Positions 36,609 to 45,161 are shown, numbered from the stretch's first letter. The stretch is 47,627 bases of DNA from Chloroflexota bacterium (GCA_039933295.1 JBDTOJ010000034.1:1-47627), one strand, 5' to 3'. Numbers and translations: made by a program. Notes: a model not told the origin generated them from the sequence alone.

Positions 36609-38045
36609 TCAGCGACCCCGCCGATAGCGGCGCGCGACAAGGGCATATCCCGGGATCCGGGGTAGCGCCTCGGAAAGTGCCGGGTTGGACCCATCCCGAC
36701 GCTCCACGGTGAGCTTCCGTGCTGCATCGATGTCCGGAAGGCGAGCGTCAACCGCCGCAAGATCGATCGCAACGGAGCCGGCAGCAGCCGCCCCGAGCGA
36801 GTCCACGACATCCTGCGGAAAGGCACCGTCCTCGTACTCGGCGCGGACCTCCGCATCCACGTGCCAGCGCGGTCGCCGCAGGAGGATTCCTCGCCACCCG
36901 TCGGCCACGATCTGTTCAACACGGCCATCGCCGGGGGTTGAAGCACCAGGCGCCGCGATGTCCTCCCCACGCGACCACCGAGCCGCCTGGTGGAGCAGCG
37001 CGTACTCGTCGAGGTCTGCGTAGCCCGCGAGCTGCTCGACCGGAGACCGATCGCCGAACAGTGCCCGGATCGAAGGGGCAAAGACGAGCCCGAGATCGAG
37101 ATCGATCGCCCGAACGGTGCGGTGGAAGTAGACCTGCTGATACAGGAGCAGGCGGGCACCGAGGAAACCCTCGAGCGCCGGTACGCCGGACTCGTACAGC
37201 GTGAGGCCGGTCGGGCGCATGTAGGCGTAGCGCCGCAGGCGTTCGACATCGATGCCCACGTGAACGCCTGTGAAGAATGCATCGCGACGGACGTAGTCGA
37301 GGTTGTCGACGGTGAACACGCCCGACAACAGGGGCTGGAGCAGTTGCACCCAGCGAGGCATCGTTGGATCGTCCAGGGCTGGCTTGGACACCAGGAACGA
37401 CACCCAGCGAGGGTCGATCGACTCGCCATCCGCGAAGGCATCGCGCTCGGGCGAGTTGCCAGGCGCCCGTCGCAGGGCGCCGATCACCGGACCGAGTTCC
37501 TTCTCGATGATCAGCTGGCTCAAATCCTCGTGGGACAGCGACTTGACCCCGGGTCGGCGTGCGTCAGCGGGTGCCGGGAACCCGGACAGGACCTGGTCAT
37601 CGAAGTAGTGCGCGAACGGGCCATGCCCGACGTCGTGGAGGAGGCCGGCGACGCGGAGCGTCTCGACCACCAGGCCCTCGGACGGCAGCACCTCGGGCCG
37701 ACGTTCGTCGCCCAGGGACCCGGGTGCGGCCCCCGCAAGCGCCGACCGAAGGGTGGGATAGAGCGCTCGAGCCCAGAGTCCGGCCTCGTGCATGACGCCG
37801 AGGCCGTGGGTGAACCGGGAGTGCTCTGCCGTCGGGAAGACCCAGCGCGCGCTCTGCAGTTGGCTGATCCTGCGCAGCCGCTGAACCCACGCCGTGTCGA
37901 GCAGATCGTCCTCGGCCGCGTCCTCGACCGGCAGTCCGATCGCCCCGGCCTCGTCGGCCCCCAGATGCTTGGTCAGCTCGACGTAGCCGTGGATCGGGTC
38001 ACTGATGAGATTGACCGCCGAAAACGGACGCCGGCCCACGGTCAC
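36609..38045 (-). CDS. HD-domain phosphohydrolase, SAMHD1/dNTP triphosphohydrolase-like
   Basis: DPIHGY, QRLRRISQL, HSRFTH, LLHDVGHGPFAH, HEDLS, DNLDYVRRD, VYFHRTV; GTG start overlaps the CAP stop. Confidence 0.92.
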   Translation of the reverse strand: MTVGRRPFSAVNLISDPIHGYVELTKHLGADEAGAIGLPVEDAAEDDLLDTAWVQRLRRISQLQSARWVFPTAEHSRFTHGLGVMHEAGLWARALYPTLRSALAGAAPGSLGDERRPEVLPSEGLVVETLRVAGLLHDVGHGPFAHYFDDQVLSGFPAPADARRPGVKSLSHEDLSQLIIEKELGPVIGALRRAPGNSPERDAFADGESIDPRWVSFLVSKPALDDPTMPRWVQLLQPLLSGVFTVDNLDYVRRDAFFTGVHVGIDVERLRRYAYMRPTGLTLYESGVPALEGFLGARLLLYQQVYFHRTVRAIDLDLGLVFAPSIRALFGDRSPVEQLAGYADLDEYALLHQAARWSRGEDIAAPGASTPGDGRVEQIVADGWRGILLRRPRWHVDAEVRAEYEDGAFPQDVVDSLGAAAAGSVAIDLAAVDARLPDIDAARKLTVERRDGSNPALSEALPRIPGYALVARRYRRGR

Positions 38046-38698
38046 AGCGGGATGAAGATCGCGCGCGACGTCGGGCCCGGGAGCTCGGCGGGAGCCGGGA
38101 TCGGGGTGGGGGCAGGAGCCGGGGCCTTCTGGGCCGTCGCAGCGGGCTTCGGCTTCGGGACGGTCCCGACGTAGCCCGGGGCGTCGATCAAGACAGCACC
38201 CGCATACGTCGTCCCGGAACTCGATTTCGCCACTCCGATGCCGATCGTGTCGAATTTCGTACCCATGAGGATGGCCCAGTGCGCTGGACTGGCCTTCCAG
38301 CCATCAAAGGCAACGCGTGCGGATACGAGGCCCCAGGCCCAGGTATTGGAGGCGAGGACCTCGCCATCGAGCTTCCAGGCGATTCCCCGATCGTTGAGCT
38401 GACAGCTCAGGCACCCTGGCAGCGTGTGGGACAGTTGGTTCTTTGCCGCCTGGACCGCGATTCGGTCGCCGGCAAGGCTCGTGAGCCCAACACTCACCCG
38501 GAGCTTCGGCAGGCCGCGCGCCGCACGCGCGGTGTTAATCCAGCCCAGGAGCGCTGATTCCATCGTCTCCGCCGTGCCCGCACGAACGGGTTCGGCGCTG
38601 CGAATCGGAACCAACCCGGTGGATAACACGGCGCTCACGATGACCGCCAGGATCAGAGCGCGCGGGAAGGGCCACGAGGCGAGGGCACGTCGTCGCAT
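38042..38698 (-). CDS. secreted CAP (SCP-like) domain protein
   Basis: Signal peptide; INTARAARGL, LSH, GEVL, WKASPAHWAIL, IGIGV; Pro-rich tail. Confidence 0.9.
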   Translation of the reverse strand: MRRRALASWPFPRALILAVIVSAVLSTGLVPIRSAEPVRAGTAETMESALLGWINTARAARGLPKLRVSVGLTSLAGDRIAVQAAKNQLSHTLPGCLSCQLNDRGIAWKLDGEVLASNTWAWGLVSARVAFDGWKASPAHWAILMGTKFDTIGIGVAKSSSGTTYAGAVLIDAPGYVGTVPKPKPAATAQKAPAPAPTPIPAPAELPGPTSRAIFIPL

Positions 38699-38740
38699 GT
38701 TCGCGAAGGGTACTCCGGAGTGGTCTGGTGTGCTCCGGAG

Positions 38741-38791
38741 GGGGCCGTCGGCTGCGCGCGTGAGACCGGCAAAGGCCCGTCCGACGGCTCC
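38741..38791 (-). terminator. hairpin downstream of WYL gene
   Basis: GGGGCCGTCGG (38741-38751) and CCGACGGCTCC (38781-38791) inverted repeat; no U-tract. Confidence 0.45.
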
Positions 38792-38800
38792 CGCAGACCG

Positions 38801-39805
38801 TCAGTCCGGGTAGTTCGAGCCGGCCCGGCGCAGCGTCGCGGCGATGTCCGAGCGCAGGCCCGGGGGCTCGATGACCGTGGCGTCGTCCCCCCAGGACAGG
38901 ATCCAGAGGCGTACTTCGATTGATCCCGAAACGGTCGCGCGCCAGATGAGTGTCCCATCAGGCTGGGCCTCGAAGACCTGGCTCGGATGCCAGACCGTTT
39001 CGGCGACGCGGCCGGCGACCGCAGCCGAGAATTGGACGACGACCGAGGTCGGGGGCTGATCCGCGATGATGTCCCATGCCCCGCGCATGAGACGCTCCAC
39101 CGAACCCGCTTCGGGCGGATCGAACGGGGTCGGCGTCACCGTCACGGACCGGATCCGCTCGATCTTGAAGGTGCGGAGGCCCCCGCGACCCTCGTCAAAC
39201 CCGATGAGGTAGAGCGCGTGGGTCTGGGTGGAGGGTTCGATGAGGTAGGGCTGGACCGTGGCCGTCCGGACCTCGGCCGGGCGCCCCTCGTACGCGGCCG
39301 GGGCGTACGTGATTTCCACGACCCGGCGCTCGGCCCAGGCGCGCGTCAACGTGTGCACGTGGTCCACGAAATCCGGCGCTCGGGAAGCACGCTGGAGGAC
39401 ATCGAGGGATCTGGCCACGTGCTCGGTCAACGGACCGGGCAGGCCTTCGGAAAGCTTCTCGAACGCCGACGCGAGGTCGGGGTCGTACTTGTCGGCGTAG
39501 CGAACCATGAGTCGTGTGGCCAGAAACACGGCCATCGCCTCGGAGGTGGTGAGCTTGAGTGGCGGCAGGAACGAACTTTCGAGCATCCCCCAGCGGCCGC
39601 CCTCGGACCAGGTCGGCATCTGGAGTTCGCCTTCGAGCGCGACGAGATCGCGATACGCGGTTCGCTTGGAGATCCCGAGCCTGATCCCGATGTCCTCCGC
39701 CCGCATGCCCTCAGGGTTGCGCTTCAGAAGGTTGGCGACGCGTGCCAGCCGCGCCACGCGGTCGCGCTTCGCCGTGGTTTCGAACTCGTCGCGGGTTCCG
39801 GCCAT
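38801..39805 (-). CDS. wHTH-WYL-WCX transcriptional regulator (YafY/DriD/PafBC-like)
   Basis: HTH IGIRLGISKRTAYRDLVALE; LYLIG...RTFKIERI; WCX WHPSQ...WILSWGDDATVIEP; SD GAGGAG. Confidence 0.93.
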   Translation of the reverse strand: MAGTRDEFETTAKRDRVARLARVANLLKRNPEGMRAEDIGIRLGISKRTAYRDLVALEGELQMPTWSEGGRWGMLESSFLPPLKLTTSEAMAVFLATRLMVRYADKYDPDLASAFEKLSEGLPGPLTEHVARSLDVLQRASRAPDFVDHVHTLTRAWAERRVVEITYAPAAYEGRPAEVRTATVQPYLIEPSTQTHALYLIGFDEGRGGLRTFKIERIRSVTVTPTPFDPPEAGSVERLMRGAWDIIADQPPTSVVVQFSAAVAGRVAETVWHPSQVFEAQPDGTLIWRATVSGSIEVRLWILSWGDDATVIEPPGLRSDIAATLRRAGSNYPD

Positions 39806-39854
39806 CACGTCTCCTCGATTGGAGGATACCCGCGCGCTGAGTCGCAAGTACCGG

Positions 39855-39887
39855 TCGGCACTGGGACTGTCGGGCGATCGTCATCAT
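39855..39887. promoter_or_regulatory. candidate WYL operator and -10 element
   Basis: TCGGCA-N7-TGTCGG imperfect inverted repeat (39855-39873), then CATCAT 39882-39887. Confidence 0.4.
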
Positions 39888-39972
39888 CCTGCCCCGGAAC
39901 GACCATGACCGCACCGAACCAGACCCGGACGCGAACCGGATCGGGCGGAGATCCGGGAGCACCGCGGACGGT

Positions 39973-40221
39973 ATGGCATCACCTGGAGTTGGCAATGGAG
40001 CGGCCACTCGCGAGACGTATCGCGGGTTGCTTGTGCGTGGTCTGAATCCGGGCGAGGCCGCGAACCTGACCGCATTCCTGAGCGGCATCCACATTGCCGC
40101 CGGTCACCCGTGGCGTCTCGCCGACATCGATCGCCTGCTCTTCCTGCGGGAGCTGTGCCGGACCGGCCGTGTCGGGGCGGACGACGGCTACGAGCGGACC
40201 GAGGCGGCCCTGGCGGACTGA
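39973..40221 (+). CDS. small hypothetical protein divergent from WYL regulator
   Basis: 82 aa, GC3-biased codons, helical core TYRGLLVRGL.P.EAANLTAFLSG...W...IDRLLFLREL; followed by a strong hairpin. Confidence 0.7.
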   Translation: MASPGVGNGAATRETYRGLLVRGLNPGEAANLTAFLSGIHIAAGHPWRLADIDRLLFLRELCRTGRVGADDGYERTEAALAD

Positions 40222-40277
40222 CCGCGCCAACCACCACCTATCCGGGCGGAGGCCCTCCTCCTCTGGTCCGGATGCCT

Positions 40278-40314
40278 CAAGAGCGGCGCCCAACTCCTCC
40301 GGGCGCCGCTCTTG
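40278..40314 (+). terminator. strong hairpin, probable terminator
   Basis: Perfect 14-bp stem CAAGAGCGGCGCCC / GGGCGCCGCTCTTG with 9-nt loop. Confidence 0.75.
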
Positions 40315-40347
40315 GATTCACGGCAAGTTCGGTACCATCGCCGAACG

Positions 40348-41175
40348 ATGGAACGCCCGATCATTACCTTCCTGACGGATTTCGGTCCAGAATCGGCGCC
40401 TGCGATCTGCCGTGGGGTCATGCTCTCGATTGCCCGGGATGCGCAGATCGTGGACATCAGCCACAGCGTCCGTAAGTTCGCGATTCGGGACGGCGCGTAC
40501 CTGCTCTGGTCGGCCGTGCCGTGGATGCCGATGGGCGTCCACGTCGTCGTGGTGGACCCCGGGGTCGGGACGACGCGGCTCGGAATCGGCATCCGGACGG
40601 CCCGGGGTGATGTCCTGGTCGGGCCGGACAACGGCGTACTGATGCCGGCGGCCGACGTTCTCGGCGGGGCGGTGGAGGCCAGGATCCTGGAGAATCGAGC
40701 CTTGATGCTCACGAGCCCGACCTCGACGTTCCATGGCCGCGACATCTTCGCGCCGATCGGCGCGCACCTCGCCATGGGGACCCCGTTCGATTCAATCGGT
40801 TCGGTCATCGCCGCAGGCGACCTCGTGCAGCTCCGGTTCCCGGCCCCGACCGTGCGACCCGGCACGCTCGAGACGAGCGTCGCGTTCGTCGATCCGTTCG
40901 GCAACCTCCGATTGTTCGGGACGCCCGACGACCTCGACGCCGCGCTCGGCCCGATGGCTCCGGGCACCGTCGTGTCCGTGGGGTTTGGGCCTTCCGGCAA
41001 GGTGACCGCGAGCCCAACCTGGACGCGTACCTTCGGCGACCTGCCAATCGGTGCGGCGCTCCTGTACCGCGATTCGTCCGGCTGGCTCGCCTTCGCGGAC
41101 AACCGGGGGAACGCCGCGGGGCGTCTCGGTCTGTCGGCGGGCGACTTCGTTCGTATACACTCCCCGCGATCTTGA
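40348..41175 (+). CDS. SAM hydroxide adenosyltransferase (DUF62; chlorinase/fluorinase superfamily)
   Basis: FLTDFG, VVDPGVGTTR, GPDNG, STFHGRDIF, VDPFGN; Asp-Arg-His triad present. Confidence 0.92.
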   Translation: MERPIITFLTDFGPESAPAICRGVMLSIARDAQIVDISHSVRKFAIRDGAYLLWSAVPWMPMGVHVVVVDPGVGTTRLGIGIRTARGDVLVGPDNGVLMPAADVLGGAVEARILENRALMLTSPTSTFHGRDIFAPIGAHLAMGTPFDSIGSVIAAGDLVQLRFPAPTVRPGTLETSVAFVDPFGNLRLFGTPDDLDAALGPMAPGTVVSVGFGPSGKVTASPTWTRTFGDLPIGAALLYRDSSGWLAFADNRGNAAGRLGLSAGDFVRIHSPRS

Positions 41176-41189
41176 TGAGGAGGTTCCCG

Positions 41190-42116
41190 ATGCGTACCCT
41201 GACCCGTTCCGGCGTTCTTGCCGCCGCTGTCCTGTCCCTGGCCGCTTGCGGAGGCGGTGCGTCCGCTGCTCCGACCGACACCGTGGCGCCGACAGCCGTC
41301 GTGACGACGGCGCCCAGCGAAACGCCCAATCCCTGCACCCCTGCGAATCTCGCCACCCTGACTGCCGAGACGCTCACGGTCGGGGCGGACAATCCCGCCT
41401 ACCCGCCGTACTACGAGCCGACCGATCCGAAGCCCGCCGGCTCGATCTGGGAGTTCGGCGATCCGACCAACGGCAAGGGCCTCGAATCCGCGACCGCCTA
41501 CGCGATTGCCGACGCTCTCGGTTACGCCAAGACGGCGGTCACGTGGGTGGCGGCACCGTTCAACAGCGCCATCCAGCCCGGACCCAAGACCTTCGACATC
41601 TACCTGACCCAGGTCTCCTATAGCGCCGAGCGGGCCACGGCAACCGATCTGTCGGACGGCTATTTCGATCTCAACCAGGCCGTTGTTGCCCTCGCGGCCA
41701 ACCCGATCGCGAAGGTCACGACCGAAGCGGGCCTCGCGGCTTTCAAGCTCGGCGCTCCGGTGGGCACCACCAGCTACCAGTACATCGTCGACAACATCAA
41801 GCCGACCAACGAGCCCGCGGTCTACGACACGCTGGACGCGGCGGTTCAGGCCCTCTCCGTCAAGCAGATCGACGGAATCGTCGTGGACCTCCCGACGGCG
41901 TTCTACCTGCGCGACGGCGGCCAGTTGACGGGTGCGGTGATTGTCGGGTCCCTGCCGACGGCCGGCGCCATCGAGCACTTCAGCGTCCTGCTGACAAAGG
42001 GCAGCCCGTTGACGGCCTGTGTGAACGTCGCGCTGGCGTCGATGAAGGACGACGGCACCATGAAGGCCATCGTCGACCAGTGGATCTCCGGCCAGGGCGC
42101 TCCGGAACTCAAGTAG
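41190..42116 (+). CDS. polar amino-acid ABC transporter substrate-binding lipoprotein
   Basis: Lipobox LAAC; NPAYPP, GKGLES, DDGTMKAIVDQW; SD GAGGAGG. Confidence 0.9.
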   Translation: MRTLTRSGVLAAAVLSLAACGGGASAAPTDTVAPTAVVTTAPSETPNPCTPANLATLTAETLTVGADNPAYPPYYEPTDPKPAGSIWEFGDPTNGKGLESATAYAIADALGYAKTAVTWVAAPFNSAIQPGPKTFDIYLTQVSYSAERATATDLSDGYFDLNQAVVALAANPIAKVTTEAGLAAFKLGAPVGTTSYQYIVDNIKPTNEPAVYDTLDAAVQALSVKQIDGIVVDLPTAFYLRDGGQLTGAVIVGSLPTAGAIEHFSVLLTKGSPLTACVNVALASMKDDGTMKAIVDQWISGQGAPELK

Positions 42117-42150
42117 TCCGCGAACCGCATTCGACTTGTAGCGGCCCCGC

Positions 42151-42975
42151 ATGAGGGCTCGCTCGACGATTCAGAGGGCCCGTCGCCGCGACGGGCGATG
42201 GGCGCTCCTGATCGGCCTGATCAGTACGGCTGCGTTCTTCGGCGTCCTCGGCTGGTTGGTCGTGAATGCCCCGAACTGGCCCCGCGTCCAGGCCTCGTTC
42301 TTCAACGCCCAGGAATTCCAGGCGGCACTGCCGGACATCGTCGGGGCGTTTCGCAAGAACGTGCAGCTGTTCGGGATCAGCGAGGTCCTGATCCTCGTGT
42401 TCGCGCTCGTCCTCGCAACGCTGCGGAGCCTGCCTGGGCCGATCTTCTTCCCCGTTCGGCTCCTCGTGATCGTCTACACGGACCTGTTCCGAAGCCTTCC
42501 TGGCGCCCTCGTGATCTTCCTGCTCGGCTTCGGCGTCCCGGCGCTCGCCATTCCCGGCGTTCCGACCGAACCCTTCTTCTGGGCAGTCGTGGCGCTGACC
42601 CTCCTCTATTCGGCGTACGTATCTGAGGTCTATCGGGCCGGGATCGAGTCCGTGCACCCCAGCCAGATGATGGCGGCCCGATCGCTCGGACTGAGCCAGT
42701 TTCAGGCACTCCGGTACGTGATCCTGCCACAGGCCGTGCGGCGCGTGATTCCGCCGCTCCTCAATGACTTCATCGGCCTGCAGAAGGACACGGTCCTGGT
42801 CTCGTTCGTCGGCGTTGTCGAAGTGTTTCGGATGACCCAGATGAAGCAGTCCGCCCATTTCAACTTCACGCCCTACCTCGCGACAGCGCTCCTCTTCCTC
42901 GTGATCACGCTCCCGCTCGCGCGCCTGACCGACTGGCTCGTGTCCCGGGATCGGGCGAGGGGCGCCAGCCGATGA
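42151..42975 (+). CDS. polar amino-acid ABC transporter permease
   Basis: YTDLFRSLP, AYVSEVYRAG, ILPQAVR, QKDT. Confidence 0.93.
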   Translation: MRARSTIQRARRRDGRWALLIGLISTAAFFGVLGWLVVNAPNWPRVQASFFNAQEFQAALPDIVGAFRKNVQLFGISEVLILVFALVLATLRSLPGPIFFPVRLLVIVYTDLFRSLPGALVIFLLGFGVPALAIPGVPTEPFFWAVVALTLLYSAYVSEVYRAGIESVHPSQMMAARSLGLSQFQALRYVILPQAVRRVIPPLLNDFIGLQKDTVLVSFVGVVEVFRMTQMKQSAHFNFTPYLATALLFLVITLPLARLTDWLVSRDRARGASR

Positions 42976-43775
42976 ACACGCCACATGCGCTGCGGTCTTT
43001 GGGTCAGGAACCGTCCCCGGACGGCGTTCCTCGCCCCGCCCTGATCATCGAGTCGGTCTCGAAGTCGTTCGGACGTCTCGAGGTCCTGCGGGGCGTCGAT
43101 CTGGAGGTTGCCGAGCACGAAGTGGTCTGCCTGATCGGTGCCTCGGGATCGGGCAAATCCACGCTCCTCCGGTGCATCAACCTGCTCGAACCGATCGACG
43201 AAGGCCGGATCGTCGTCGGTGGTCAGTCGATCACGGATGCCGACGCCGACGTCAACCGGATTCGACGCCGGATCGGCATCGTCTTCCAGGCCTTCAACCT
43301 CTTCCCGCACCTGAGCGTCGTCGACAACATCGCCCTCGCACCCACGAAAGTCCTGCGACGGCCCAGGCGGGATGTCGTCGAGGAAGCCGACGCGCTGCTT
43401 GCACGATTCGGGATGCTCGACAAGCGCGATCAATTCCCCGATCGCCTGTCCGGCGGGCAGCAGCAGCGCGTCGCCATCATTCGGGCACTTGCGATGCAAC
43501 CGGACCTGCTGCTCCTGGACGAGGTCACGAGCGCCCTCGATCCCGAGTTGATCGCCGAAGTCCTCGAGATCATTCGCGAACTGGCAGGGCAGGGCATGAC
43601 GATGCTCATCGCCACGCACGAGATGGGCTTCGCCCGCGAGATCGCCGATCGCGTGTGCTTCCTGGATGAAGGGACGATCCTCGAGCAGGGCCCGCCGGAC
43701 CAGATGTTCAGTGCCCCGCAGCGTGAGCGGACGCAGCAGTTCCTCGCCCGGATCGTGGCGGCAGGCCGACTTTGA
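42972..43775 (+). CDS. polar amino-acid ABC transporter ATP-binding protein (GlnQ-like)
   Basis: GASGSGKST, FQAFNLFPH, LSGGQQQR, THEMGFA. Confidence 0.95.
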   Translation: MNTPHALRSLGQEPSPDGVPRPALIIESVSKSFGRLEVLRGVDLEVAEHEVVCLIGASGSGKSTLLRCINLLEPIDEGRIVVGGQSITDADADVNRIRRRIGIVFQAFNLFPHLSVVDNIALAPTKVLRRPRRDVVEEADALLARFGMLDKRDQFPDRLSGGQQQRVAIIRALAMQPDLLLLDEVTSALDPELIAEVLEIIRELAGQGMTMLIATHEMGFAREIADRVCFLDEGTILEQGPPDQMFSAPQRERTQQFLARIVAAGRL

Positions 43776-43819
43776 CCGACGCCGTCGCCACCTTCTGGGC
43801 GGCGTTCGTTGCGGCAACG
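43772..43819 (+). pseudogene. possible 5' remnant of an ASCH-domain gene
   Basis: TTG overlapping the ATPase TGA opens (M)TDAVATFWAAFVAAT, after which the resemblance stops. Confidence 0.35.
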
Positions 43820-43860
43820 AGATTCGCCAAGGTCTGCCCCCCGCCCGTCGACGTCGGAGC

Positions 43861-45072
43861 CTAGGTCCGCAGCATCGTGGTCAGCGTCACCGGGGTCAGG
43901 CCCTTCGCCTGCAGCCCCGCGAGGAGGTCGGGGAGTGCCTCGAGGGTGTGCCAACCGCCGAGATGCATGAGCACGATCGAGCCGCCCTGGGCCTTGGCGA
44001 GGACCTTGGCAACGATGTCCGTGCTCGTTGGGCCGCCATCGGTTGTTGCCTTCCAGTCGATCGTGTCCACGTCCCACATGACGAGATCGGGCCAGCCCGC
44101 GGCCCCGACGCCGGTGCGAACCGCTGCCGTCCAGGCACCGAACGGTGGTCGGAAGTAGGGCCGGGTCGTGCCGCCGACCAGGCCCGCAAGCGCGGTCTCT
44201 GTCCTGCCGAGTTGGTCGGCCATCTGGGTGGCCGTCAACGTCGTGAAGTCCGGGTGGTCCCACGAGTGGTTGCCGAAGACGAACAGGTCCGGCCGCGTCG
44301 CGGCGAGGCTCATGGCCGCTGCGCCGAGGTCCGTCGTCGTGCCGGACTTGCCGGTTGGAAAGAGCGTGGCATGGACGTTGTGGTCGATGAGCCAGCGGAC
44401 GATCTTGACGGCGGGATCGAGCCGGCCGCCCATGTCGAAGGTGAGCGCGATCTGCGTGGACCCGCGGGGGCCGTGGGTGATGACCGTCGCGGGTGCGCCT
44501 CCTGCCGAACTGCCGGGCGATCCGCCCGGGGTCGGAGTGGGCACGAACCCGGAACTTCCCGGACTCGCCGATGGGGGACTTGCGTCATCGACGATGACAC
44601 CCGGGATGAGCATGAGCGTCCAGCCCGGCTCGATGTGGTTCGGGGCATAGGCCTCGGACTCCGGGTCGAGGCTGGGGTAGGTGCCACGGTTCCACCAGGC
44701 GAGGCTGCGCGGGCTTGTGCTGAAGTTCCGGGCGATGGACGAAAGCGTGTCGCCGGCGCCGACGATGTACGACATGAATGTCGGTCCAGTCGGGGTCGGC
44801 CGAACGAACGTCGGGCTGGACGAGACCGTCGGGCTCGGTGTGGATGTCGGGGTACCGGGCGTCTCGGATGCGCAGGCGCTCGCGGCGTTGGTCGCTCCGC
44901 AAGTTGGCGCGGGTAAAGGCGATGGATCGGGCGCCGTCCCGGTGGCGATCACGATGAGTGCAACGAGGGCGAGGACCACCATCACCAGGGCACCGGCGCC
45001 GATCGGAGTGGCGAGCACGTTGCCCGTCCGCGGACTCGGTCGGCGTGGTCGAGGTTCGCGCGGCTCGGTCAT
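43861..45072 (-). CDS. membrane-anchored LysM + polysaccharide deacetylase (CE4/NodB)
   Basis: TM anchor; YIVGAGDTLSSIARNF LysM; ALTFDMG, NHSWDH, YFRPPFG, WDVDTIDW, IVLMH. Confidence 0.92.
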   Translation of the reverse strand: MTEPREPRPRRPSPRTGNVLATPIGAGALVMVVLALVALIVIATGTAPDPSPLPAPTCGATNAASACASETPGTPTSTPSPTVSSSPTFVRPTPTGPTFMSYIVGAGDTLSSIARNFSTSPRSLAWWNRGTYPSLDPESEAYAPNHIEPGWTLMLIPGVIVDDASPPSASPGSSGFVPTPTPGGSPGSSAGGAPATVITHGPRGSTQIALTFDMGGRLDPAVKIVRWLIDHNVHATLFPTGKSGTTTDLGAAAMSLAATRPDLFVFGNHSWDHPDFTTLTATQMADQLGRTETALAGLVGGTTRPYFRPPFGAWTAAVRTGVGAAGWPDLVMWDVDTIDWKATTDGGPTSTDIVAKVLAKAQGGSIVLMHLGGWHTLEALPDLLAGLQAKGLTPVTLTTMLRT

Positions 45073-45161
45073 GTGCGCAGTTTGACGCGACCGTCGGGTA
45101 TTCGGTTACGCCCTGGTCCTGGCCAATGGCCGGGGCCAACCCCTCCTTGCCGCGCGCCGAC

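Noticed and set aside
40348-41175. Fluorinase or chlorinase call
   Set aside because: Has VVDPGVG, the downstream Arg and TFHG of hydroxide adenosyltransferases rather than the YP and TFY(S/G) residues of halogenases
40188-42152. Long antisense or alternative-frame ORFs (654 aa here; also 28333-30015, 10325-11632, 43666-44916, 4251-5354)
   Set aside because: Shadow ORFs expected in high-GC DNA opposite well-supported genes; no motifs
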